DNA from: Synechococcus sp. A15-24
GTDB taxonomy: Bacteria; Cyanobacteriota; Cyanobacteriia; PCC-6307; Cyanobiaceae
Assembly: GCF_014280195.1 (NCBI RefSeq)
Contig: NZ_CP047960.1
Location: 2,220,001 to 2,252,000, forward strand
Length of the DNA: 32,000 nucleotides
Direction: 5' to 3'
Shown: in pieces, positions 9,487 through 16,567 of the stretch
Layout of the letters: the number at the start of each line of letters is the position of its first letter
Numbering within the stretch: position 1 is the stretch's first letter
Notes under the pieces: model-generated
Databases searched by the model: none
What the model was told of the DNA's origin: nothing
The model's input: the letters and a program-made list of their open reading frames with translations, nothing else
Position numbers and translations under genes: made by a program

Positions 9487-10701
9487 TCAGATCACATCCA
9501 TCACTCGCTCGGCACGGTTCACCATGCAAGTGAGCAGTGCCATGCGCAGAAACACCGCCCCACGCGCCTGGCTGAAATACCAGTTGTGCGGCGTCTCATC
9601 AAGACAGGTGCTCAGCTCGGAACCCCGGGCCAAGGGATGCAGCACGATCGCCTCCGGCTTGAACGGCAGATCCCGGGTGAGACGAAATCCACCGCCGTGC
9701 ACCTCGTAGCTGTCGCCAACCCAGGCAATCGCATTGATGTAAACGACATCCAGATCGGGAATCTCAGCAGCCAGATCTGAACTGCAGCGGATGGACATCC
9801 CGCTTGCTTCCAGTTCCTCCAGCTGGCCTGGATCGAACAAAGGCGCTTCAGACTCCACCTCGGGCGCATGAATCACCACCACCTCCTCCAGGATCTGGGG
9901 GAATTTGCTGAGGATCCGCAGCAGCGAGCGCACGGTGCGCATCCGCGACGGCAAGCCGATCACCCCGATGCGGATCCGATCCTCCGGGGAGACCTCTTTC
10001 GAAGCAAGGCTTGGACGCCATTTGAACATCGTGTAGAGATCCGCCATCGCCTGTGTCGGATGCTCATCAATGCCGTTACCGGCATTGATGATCGGAATCC
10101 GCAGGGTGGAACTCATGGCGTACACGGCCTCCGGATTGCTGTCGCGAAGCACCACACAGTCGCCGTAGTTGTTGAACATGTGCGCCACGTCCTCGAGCGA
10201 CTCCCCCTTGGCGATGCCGGTGGTGCTGCGATCGGTGATGTTGATGGAATCACCGCCAAGACGATGCCAGGCGCTGTCGAAGGAGAGGCGTGTGCGCGTG
10301 CTGGGCTCGTAGAACGCGTTGATCAGGATCTTGCCGGTGAGCGGCGTGTTGTGCCGGCAGTAACGGTCTGGGTTGCTTTCGAATTTCGCCGCCAGTCGAA
10401 ACAGCTGGAGCAGGGTTTCAGCGCGAAATGCCTGAATCGACACCACGTGTTGATCGACGAGATCCACCAACGGCTCGCCGTCTTCAGCGATTGCGGCCAA
10501 AAGCTCCTGCGGCTGATTGTTGCCGAACACATCAGGACCCATCGGCTGGAAGCGGAGCGGCGCCGAAGCTTCCTCGATCACGGCTGTGCGGGGTTGTGCC
10601 ATAAGCAGTTGCATCAACACCCGATTTGCCAGATCGCGTGATGTGCCATGAATCACATCATCCTTCGCTAACAACGCACCAACACCCCTGGCCAGCTTCA
10701 A
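9487..10701 (-). CDS. Aspartate/ornithine carbamoyltransferase-family protein, PyrB-like paralog with N-terminal extension; second substrate unknown
   Basis: Contains YEPSTRTRLSF (the carbamoyl-phosphate STRTR motif), HPTQAMADL, VLHPLARG (equivalent to HPLPR) and TPHNWYFSQA. The start is uncertain: TTG 10701, GTG ~10656, or ATG 10614/10602. Confidence 0.75.
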   Translation of the reverse strand: MKLARGVGALLAKDDVIHGTSRDLANRVLMQLLMAQPRTAVIEEASAPLRFQPMGPDVFGNNQPQELLAAIAEDGEPLVDLVDQHVVSIQAFRAETLLQLFRLAAKFESNPDRYCRHNTPLTGKILINAFYEPSTRTRLSFDSAWHRLGGDSINITDRSTTGIAKGESLEDVAHMFNNYGDCVVLRDSNPEAVYAMSSTLRIPIINAGNGIDEHPTQAMADLYTMFKWRPSLASKEVSPEDRIRIGVIGLPSRMRTVRSLLRILSKFPQILEEVVVIHAPEVESEAPLFDPGQLEELEASGMSIRCSSDLAAEIPDLDVVYINAIAWVGDSYEVHGGGFRLTRDLPFKPEAIVLHPLARGSELSTCLDETPHNWYFSQARGAVFLRMALLTCMVNRAERVMDVI

Positions 10702-10778
10702 AGAAGTTCTTTATACAAATTTCTAGAAAATAGTTCGACTGAATACTAAATCCGCCACAAATTGTTCAGCTTGAACAT

Positions 10779-10925
10779 TCACCAGACGCGTCCATTGCGC
10801 CATTCGAACCACCAAATCACCAGCAACGCGAGCACAGAACAGACGAGCGCCACCTGGCTTCCCACCAGGACCAGACCGAACCAGTGTTGATCCACCAGAA
10901 CCGTGAACAGCAACGCATTGGCCAT
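10779..10925 (-). CDS. Unannotated 48-aa two-helix membrane micro-protein
   Basis: Below the track's length cutoff. MANALLFTVLVDQHWFGLVLVGSQVALVCSVLALLVIWWFEWRNGRVW. The ATG lies 5 nt after the symporter stop, and GAGGAGG falls inside the last symporter codons at ideal spacing. Third-codon positions are mostly G/C, as in neighbouring genes. Confidence 0.6.
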   Translation of the reverse strand: MANALLFTVLVDQHWFGLVLVGSQVALVCSVLALLVIWWFEWRNGRVW

Positions 10926-10930
10926 GGCGT

Positions 10931-12361
10931 TCACACCTCCTCTTGCAAAAGATTGAAATCAAACCCTTCCGGCTGCCAGCGGCTGCCCACCACCATCACG
11001 ACAGCCGAAACGGCTGCGGAGAACACCGCCGCGCAATAGGGAGCAATCAGAACGTAGGCCGACAGTCCCACGGCACTGCCGGCTGCCATGGCGACGATCG
11101 CTGCCCAACGATTGGCAGAAGACCAGTAGAGACCGCAAGCCACAGGCCAGACCGTGGAGGCCACCAACGCTCCGGTGAAGAACAGCACCGACGCCAACGA
11201 ATCCAGCCGCGGCCAGGACAGGGCCAGGGTGAGCACAGCCAGGCCAACCACCATCTGCCTGGCCGCCTGCTTGAGCTGTGCATCGCTCGCCTGGGGGCGC
11301 AGCAGACGGAAATAGACGTCTTCCGCCAGCAGATCCGCCGTGGACGCCAACAGCGAATCCAGGGTGGAAGTGAGTGACGCGAAGACCACCACAAACACCA
11401 GTGCCGCCCCACCCGCGCCGAGCAGATCCGCTGCCATCACAGGGAACACCATGTTCACCTGCTCCAGCGGCAGGTCCCTGGCGAGCGCAACCAGTCCGAT
11501 CGATCCCGTCACCAGGGGGACACTCATCCAGGCCAATCCCCCCAAGACAAACGAGGTCATCACCACACTGCGCCGGCTAGCGAACACCCGCGACCACCAG
11601 ATGTTGTTGTGAAAGACCTCACCCATCGAGAACAGAGCGGAATTCCAGGCGATCAGCAGACCAGCCGGAAGCAAGAGATCCAGCCGGTCAGGGTGCGCAC
11701 TGATCAAGCGGGCATGCACCTCCGGCATCGGGAACTGACGGAACGCCAGCACCGCCACCACCGCCAGCAACACCATGATCAGCAGCGACTGAATGAAATC
11801 GGTTCCGATCACGGCCCGCATGCCGCCGAACAGGGTATAGACGGTGGCGACGCCGATCACCACCACCATGCCCACGTGGTAATCGAAGCCGGAGAGCGCC
11901 TGAAGCAACAGACCGGCCCCCATGGCCTGGGTCATCAGAAAACCGAGGGTGTACACAGCGGTGATCACCATGAACACCCACCACGCCAGGCGCCCGTAAC
12001 GCAACCGGATGAAATCACCACTGGTGCGGCCATACGGCATCAGCTGCTTGATCCGCACGGCCAGCGGCGCGAACAGGATCAAGCCCAGACCGGCCAGGGC
12101 ATAACTGAACATGCCCCAAAGACCAGTCCTGTAGCCGAATTCCGGAGCCAGCAGTGTGGTGTTTCCTGTCACCCAGGAGGCCATCAGCGTGGCCGTGCTC
12201 AACGCCAACCCGATGTTGCGTCCGGCCAGCATGTAGTCGTCGGCATCTCCTTTACCGCGGCGGCCCCAGACGATCCCCAGGGCGATCCACAGCACGGAAA
12301 ACAATACAACCAGGGCCCAGGCGATGCCAGGCGCCAGAAATGGTGCGGCGTCAACGAGCAT
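10931..12361 (-). CDS. Sodium:solute symporter (SSS/SLC5) family transporter, substrate unknown
   Basis: ~476 aa polytopic membrane protein: MLVDAAPFLAPGIAWALVVLFSVLWIALGIVWGRRGKGDADDYMLAGRNIGLALSTATLMASWVTGNTTLL..., an SSS-typical N-terminal region. The start is either ATG 12361 or GTG 12379. Confidence 0.85.
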   Translation of the reverse strand: MLVDAAPFLAPGIAWALVVLFSVLWIALGIVWGRRGKGDADDYMLAGRNIGLALSTATLMASWVTGNTTLLAPEFGYRTGLWGMFSYALAGLGLILFAPLAVRIKQLMPYGRTSGDFIRLRYGRLAWWVFMVITAVYTLGFLMTQAMGAGLLLQALSGFDYHVGMVVVIGVATVYTLFGGMRAVIGTDFIQSLLIMVLLAVVAVLAFRQFPMPEVHARLISAHPDRLDLLLPAGLLIAWNSALFSMGEVFHNNIWWSRVFASRRSVVMTSFVLGGLAWMSVPLVTGSIGLVALARDLPLEQVNMVFPVMAADLLGAGGAALVFVVVFASLTSTLDSLLASTADLLAEDVYFRLLRPQASDAQLKQAARQMVVGLAVLTLALSWPRLDSLASVLFFTGALVASTVWPVACGLYWSSANRWAAIVAMAAGSAVGLSAYVLIAPYCAAVFSAAVSAVVMVVGSRWQPEGFDFNLLQEEV

Positions 12362-12476
12362 CGACCGACCCCCGATCACGCCAGTGCAGATGGCCCTGAA
12401 TGATCATCGCCACCGTTGCCAGGGTCACCGCAGCACCGAGGGCAAAGATCAGTCCAGCCCAGAGATTGTCATCCAA
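12351..12476 (-). CDS. Unannotated 41-aa single-helix membrane micro-protein (possible symporter small accessory subunit)
   Basis: Below the track cutoff. (TTG)DDNLWAGLIFALGAAVTLATVAMIIQGHLHWRDRGSVDAR. GAGGAG lies 7 nt upstream of the TTG. The stop overlaps the symporter's 5' end by 11 nt. Confidence 0.45.
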   Translation of the reverse strand: MDDNLWAGLIFALGAAVTLATVAMIIQGHLHWRDRGSVDAR

Positions 12477-12609
12477 AGCGAATCTCCTCTTCAGCAGATC
12501 TCAGACAAGCAAATCGCGGTGTTCGCGAGCTTGCATTCACGGATAAGAAGTCGCTGGCGCTACCCAAATCACAGGCTGTCAGTGCACTGATGCCTTCAAT
12601 CTCGAAATG

Positions 12610-12625
12610 TGTAGCAATCACAACC
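12610..12625. promoter_or_regulatory. NtcA-like half-consensus site TGTAGCAATCACAACC (GTA-N8-AAC)
   Basis: Lies in the divergent region between the symporter operon and the ATP-grasp gene. Shares the GTAGCAA left half with the sites at 5129 and 18334. The right half is degenerate and I found no convincing -10 element. Confidence 0.3.
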
Positions 12626-12674
12626 CGCGGGGCCCTGATCGAGTTTTTGGATGCGCCTATTCATCGTTCAGGCA

Positions 12675-14147
12675 ATGTTCACCGAGTACCGACCAACCCA
12701 TGGGTACGACGAATATTTTTGCCGTGAACAGTCCGCTCCCCGCGCTGATCTGGAGCCGCTGCTGTCCTCTCTTGGAGCCATGGGGCTGGCGGAACTGAAT
12801 CGCAGTCATGCATCAGCGAGCAATCTGTTGCGACGCCTTGGCGCCACCTTCCGACTCAACGGATCAGGTCTGCATGGCGGAGAGCGGATCCTTCCCTTCG
12901 ATCCACTGCCAAGACTCATTCACCGTCAGGAATGGTCCAATCTGGAACGCGGATTGGTGCAACGCCTGGAGGCTATTGATCAGTTTCTGGCGGACGTTTA
13001 TGGACCCCAACGGATCCTCAACGATGGCGTGATCCCCCGTGAGGATGTGGAGAGCTCCCAGGGCTGGCGGCCCCAGATGCAAGACATCGCCGTGCCGCTC
13101 AACCGCTGGTGCCACATCTCAGGAGTAGATCTGATCCGCGATGGCGACGGCACCTGGAGGGTTCTGGAGGACAACCTGCGCTGCCCCTCCGGCGTGGCTT
13201 ATTTCCTTGAGAACCGTCGGGTGATGAAGCGGTTGTTCCCCAGCCTGTTCCAAGGGCGAACCGTGCAGCCTATCGACGATTACCCCTCCCATCTCTTGCG
13301 CACGTTGCAGGATCTGGCCCCTTGGAGTGATGCTCCACGGGTGGTGCTGCTCACCCCCGGCGTGTTCAACAGCGCCTACTTCGAGCACAGCTATCTGGCC
13401 CAGCAGATGGGCATTGCCCTGGTGGAAGGCCGCGATCTGATCTGTGAGGACGGACGCGTCTGGATGCGCAGCACGGCCGGTCGGGAACCTGTGGATGTGA
13501 TCTACAGGCGCATCGATGACGATTTCCTCGATCCGAACGTGTTCCGACGCGATTCGATGCTTGGTGTCCCTGGCCTCATCGATGCCATGCGCTCCGGTCG
13601 GGTGGCCATCGCCAACGCCCCTGGGGGCGGTGTCGCCGACGACAAGCTGATCTATGCCTACGTGCCGGCCATGATCCGTTACTACCTCAACGAAGAACCG
13701 ATCATCGACAACGTCCCCACCTATCTCTGCTCAAGGGACGACGACCGCCGTTATGTGCTCGAACATCTCAACAAACTGGTGGTGAAATCAGTCGCCGAGG
13801 CAGGCGGCTACGGAATGTTGATCGGGCCCCACGCCAGCTCTGAGGAGATTGAGAGCTTCGCGGTGAAGATCAAAGCTCACCCGCGCAATTTCATCGCCCA
13901 GCCCACGCTGCAGTTATCCACAGTTCCATCCCTCAGCGAAGGGGAGCTGTACCCCTGCCATGTGGATCTGCGCCCCTACGTGCTCCGGGGTAAGAGCGAC
14001 TGGGTCAGCCCCGGCGGCTTGACTCGTGTAGCCCTGAAACGCGGTTCCCTTGTGGTGAACTCCTCCCAGGGGGGCGGCTGCAAGGACACCTGGGTGGTCA
14101 GCGACAGCGCTGTAACGGCTGACAATCAGGAGCTCGTGCCGTGCTGA
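12675..14147 (+). CDS. Circularly permuted type-2 ATP-grasp protein (COG2308 / DUF404-DUF407 type)
   Basis: MFTEYRPTHGYDEYF... through ...GVPGLIDAMRSGRVAIANAPGGGVADDKLIYAYVP... and ...LVVKSVAEAGGYGMLIGP..., a family-typical sequence and length (~490 aa). The track start at 12651 adds 8 residues. Confidence 0.85.
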   Translation: MFTEYRPTHGYDEYFCREQSAPRADLEPLLSSLGAMGLAELNRSHASASNLLRRLGATFRLNGSGLHGGERILPFDPLPRLIHRQEWSNLERGLVQRLEAIDQFLADVYGPQRILNDGVIPREDVESSQGWRPQMQDIAVPLNRWCHISGVDLIRDGDGTWRVLEDNLRCPSGVAYFLENRRVMKRLFPSLFQGRTVQPIDDYPSHLLRTLQDLAPWSDAPRVVLLTPGVFNSAYFEHSYLAQQMGIALVEGRDLICEDGRVWMRSTAGREPVDVIYRRIDDDFLDPNVFRRDSMLGVPGLIDAMRSGRVAIANAPGGGVADDKLIYAYVPAMIRYYLNEEPIIDNVPTYLCSRDDDRRYVLEHLNKLVVKSVAEAGGYGMLIGPHASSEEIESFAVKIKAHPRNFIAQPTLQLSTVPSLSEGELYPCHVDLRPYVLRGKSDWVSPGGLTRVALKRGSLVVNSSQGGGCKDTWVVSDSAVTADNQELVPC

Positions 14148-15124
14148 GCCGTGTGGCCGATTCGCTGTACTGGATCAACCGGTATGTCGAGCGGGCCGAA
14201 AACATCTCCCGGTTTCTGGAAGTGAGCGAAGCAATGGCCCTGGATTGCCCCCCGGGCAGCGCTGAGCCCTGGCTTCCGCTAGTGGATGCCAATGGGGACC
14301 GCAAGCGTTTTGACGAGGCCTATCCTCAGGGCACACCACGGGACGTCGTCAGCTTTTTGCTGCTGGATCGCGACAACCCCAACAGCATCGTGAGTTGCAT
14401 CGCCAACGCCCGTGAGAACGCTCGCCAAATCCGCGATGTGATCACCACGGAAATGTGGGAGCAGCTCAATGACCTCTATTGGAACGTTCAAGACGGTGAG
14501 GCGCTCTGGCAGGAGCCGGATCAAGAACAGCTGCGCAGCATCCGACGCGGATGTCAGCTCTTCTACGGCATCACAGACGTGACCCTCAGTCGTGATCAAG
14601 CCTGGCTGTTCAGCCAGCTGGGACAGCTGATCGAACGGGCGGACAAAACCTCCCGCATCCTCGATGTGAAGTACTTCCTGCTGTTGCCAACGCCAACGGA
14701 GGTGGGCGGCGTTCTCGATGAATTGCAGTGGATCTCACTGCTTCGAACAGCTGGGGCTTATCAGATGTATCGCCAGAGCGTGCAGCAGGCGATCACACCA
14801 GCATCAGTGGCACGATTCCTGCTCCTGGATCAGATCTTTCCCCGTTCGGTTCGCTTCTGCCTGCAACAGATCAACGAGACGCTGCAACGCATTCAGACGA
14901 AACCCCACGCCGGCCCACCGGATGACCTGGAATGCCTGGGCGGTCAGTTGCTGGCCCAATGGAGCTACGTCCGCATTGACGCTCTGATCGAACGTGGACT
15001 GCATGAGGCCATCGATCAACTGCAAAGCGATCTGAACAGGATGCATGGCCTCATCCACCGCTGCTACTTCACCACCACCGACCTGGGCTCCATCCCCACC
15101 GACCCGTCATGCGCGCTGAGCTGA
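14141..15124 (+). CDS. Alpha-E domain protein (COG2307 / DUF403)
   Basis: The GTG start gives MLSRVADSLYWINRYVERAENISRF..., the hallmark alpha-E N-terminus. Overlaps the ATP-grasp stop by 7 nt. Confidence 0.85.
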   Translation: MLSRVADSLYWINRYVERAENISRFLEVSEAMALDCPPGSAEPWLPLVDANGDRKRFDEAYPQGTPRDVVSFLLLDRDNPNSIVSCIANARENARQIRDVITTEMWEQLNDLYWNVQDGEALWQEPDQEQLRSIRRGCQLFYGITDVTLSRDQAWLFSQLGQLIERADKTSRILDVKYFLLLPTPTEVGGVLDELQWISLLRTAGAYQMYRQSVQQAITPASVARFLLLDQIFPRSVRFCLQQINETLQRIQTKPHAGPPDDLECLGGQLLAQWSYVRIDALIERGLHEAIDQLQSDLNRMHGLIHRCYFTTTDLGSIPTDPSCALS

Positions 15125-16008
15125 CCCATTGCCTCACGTACCGCTACGAGGCTCCGGTGCAGCTCGGAGAACACCGCCTCTGTCTGCGGCCCCGGGCCCA
15201 GGGTCATCAACGGCTGATCCACCACACACTGCAGATCACACCGGAACCCTTCCACAGCCATGAGCTGTTGGCCGCCAGTGGCGATGCGATCGAACGCGTG
15301 CGCTTCCGAGGTTGCACCGATTTGCTGCAGCTCGAAGCCAGGAGCTTGGTGGAAACCCGGCAAGCCGCACCGCTGCTCACGTGTTTCAACGGACTTGAAC
15401 CCTCGCTTCCCTATCCGCGCGGTCTGCTGAACCACGACCTGCTGGGGGCTCTGGAAGGGTGGCTGCCCAACGGTCAACACGACCCCTCCGCTGTGGAACT
15501 GGCGCAGGACGCTCTGATGGGAAGCAATCAGCAGGTGCTGCCTTTTCTCCAGCAACTGATGGAGATGATCCAGGACCGGGTCAAGTACACCCAGCGCCAT
15601 GTGGGCCCAGCCTGGCCAGCAGGCCGGACTCTGCGGGAGCGTGTGGGCTCATGCCGTGATCTGGCGATGCTGATGATGGAGTGCTGCCGCAGCGTGGGGC
15701 TGCCGGCTCGGTTTGTGAGTGGTTACCACCTGGCCGAACCAGCACCTGAGACCTACAACCTGCACGCCTGGACCGAGATTTATCTGCCAGGTGCCGGCTG
15801 GCGCGGTTTTGATCCCAGTGCTGGTGGTGAAATCAGCTCGCGATACATCGTGCTCGCCAGTTCCTCCAAACCGGATCTCAGTGCTGCGGTTCAGGGAAGC
15901 TTTACAGGACCCCCAGCAACAACAAGCCACCTCAGCTGGACCATTGACGCAGATGTCGAACCCCGACCGGTCGCCTCGTCCAGCCAAACCATGGTTCAGG
16001 CCGCCTGA
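15109..16008 (+). CDS. Transglutaminase-fold family protein (COG1305) with N-terminal Bact_transglu_N-like region
   Basis: MRAELTHCLTYRYEAPVQLGEHRLCLRPR... plus the catalytic core ...GSCRDLAMLMMECCRSVGLPARFVSGY...HAWTEIYLPGAGWRGFDPS, which supplies the Cys/His/Asp triad context. Overlaps the alpha-E gene by 16 nt. Confidence 0.85.
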   Translation: MRAELTHCLTYRYEAPVQLGEHRLCLRPRAQGHQRLIHHTLQITPEPFHSHELLAASGDAIERVRFRGCTDLLQLEARSLVETRQAAPLLTCFNGLEPSLPYPRGLLNHDLLGALEGWLPNGQHDPSAVELAQDALMGSNQQVLPFLQQLMEMIQDRVKYTQRHVGPAWPAGRTLRERVGSCRDLAMLMMECCRSVGLPARFVSGYHLAEPAPETYNLHAWTEIYLPGAGWRGFDPSAGGEISSRYIVLASSSKPDLSAAVQGSFTGPPATTSHLSWTIDADVEPRPVASSSQTMVQAA

Positions 16009-16487
16009 AGCAGCGGCTCGACACCATGGAGACGGGGTGGCGGAGCCTGAATCGAGGTGACCGCCAACAGCGCTGGAATGCGTGCACTGTTGTAGACGCG
16101 GAATTCCTGCACCAACGACACCCCTTCCTCCCGGACCGCCTGGTTGAGAACCACCGAGCCATCGGGATCCGACACCGACCTGTGAAACGTGCCGGGTGGA
16201 ATGCGCAGGATGTCGCCGCCACTGTCGAGACGCACGATGTGGAACGGCTGATCCCAGGCCAGGTTGACGAGGTAGAACGTTCGCCCACCACTGGCGGCCA
16301 GAAGATTGTCTTCCTGGTGCGGATGGAGATAGAACTGCCAGGCCCCACTGGCTGCATCGTTGGGAGGGCTGACCGCCGGACCACTGTGGATCACCAGATC
16401 GCGGGCATTGGAGGTGTCCACCGTGACGTCGAAAAAACGCACCGCTGGTGTGTCGCGGAAGCGTTCGTAGGCCAGCAGTTCAAACAT
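15996..16487 (-). CDS. Cupin-fold protein of unknown function
   Basis: Both cupin motifs are readable: GAWQFYLHPHQEDNLLAASGG (HxH...E) and GDILRIPPGTFHRSVS (G-x5-P-x-G-x2-H). I prefer the ATG at 16487 (MFELLAYERF...). The track's TTG at 16571 would overlap the moaA stop as TTGA, but that extension has poor G/C content at third-codon positions. Confidence 0.6.
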   Translation of the reverse strand: MFELLAYERFRDTPAVRFFDVTVDTSNARDLVIHSGPAVSPPNDAASGAWQFYLHPHQEDNLLAASGGRTFYLVNLAWDQPFHIVRLDSGGDILRIPPGTFHRSVSDPDGSVVLNQAVREEGVSLVQEFRVYNSARIPALLAVTSIQAPPPRLHGVEPLLQAA

Positions 16488-16567
16488 CTCCTGGGGCGTG
16501 GCAAAGCCCGAGCTCTGAGATGGTTGTACTGGGGTTATCCGAGCAAAACGGTGACGATGGCAACGGT

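Noticed and set aside
8734-9780. 348-aa plus-strand ORF. Similar long ORFs occur at 6809..7585(+), 9868..10641(+), 11609..12403(+), 19152..20042(-) and 20549..21259(-).
   Set aside because: All lie antisense to confidently identified genes (AsnB-like, M20, PyrB-like, symporter, nrtP, narB). All have Arg/Gly/His/Pro-rich low-complexity products. They are high-GC antisense artefacts.
10795-10815. GGTTCGAAT on the minus strand, resembling a tRNA T-loop
   Set aside because: The flanks (TGGTG / GGCGC) cannot form a T-stem, there is no acceptor or anticodon arm context, and the motif lies inside the 48-aa coding frame (WWFEW).
10723-10962. 79-aa minus-strand track ORF between the symporter and the PyrB-like gene
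   Set aside because: It overlaps the symporter 3' end by 32 nt, has T-rich third-codon positions atypical for this genome, and gives a Gly/Arg-rich featureless product. A different frame (10779..10925) has a proper RBS, G/C-rich third-codon positions and two TM helices.
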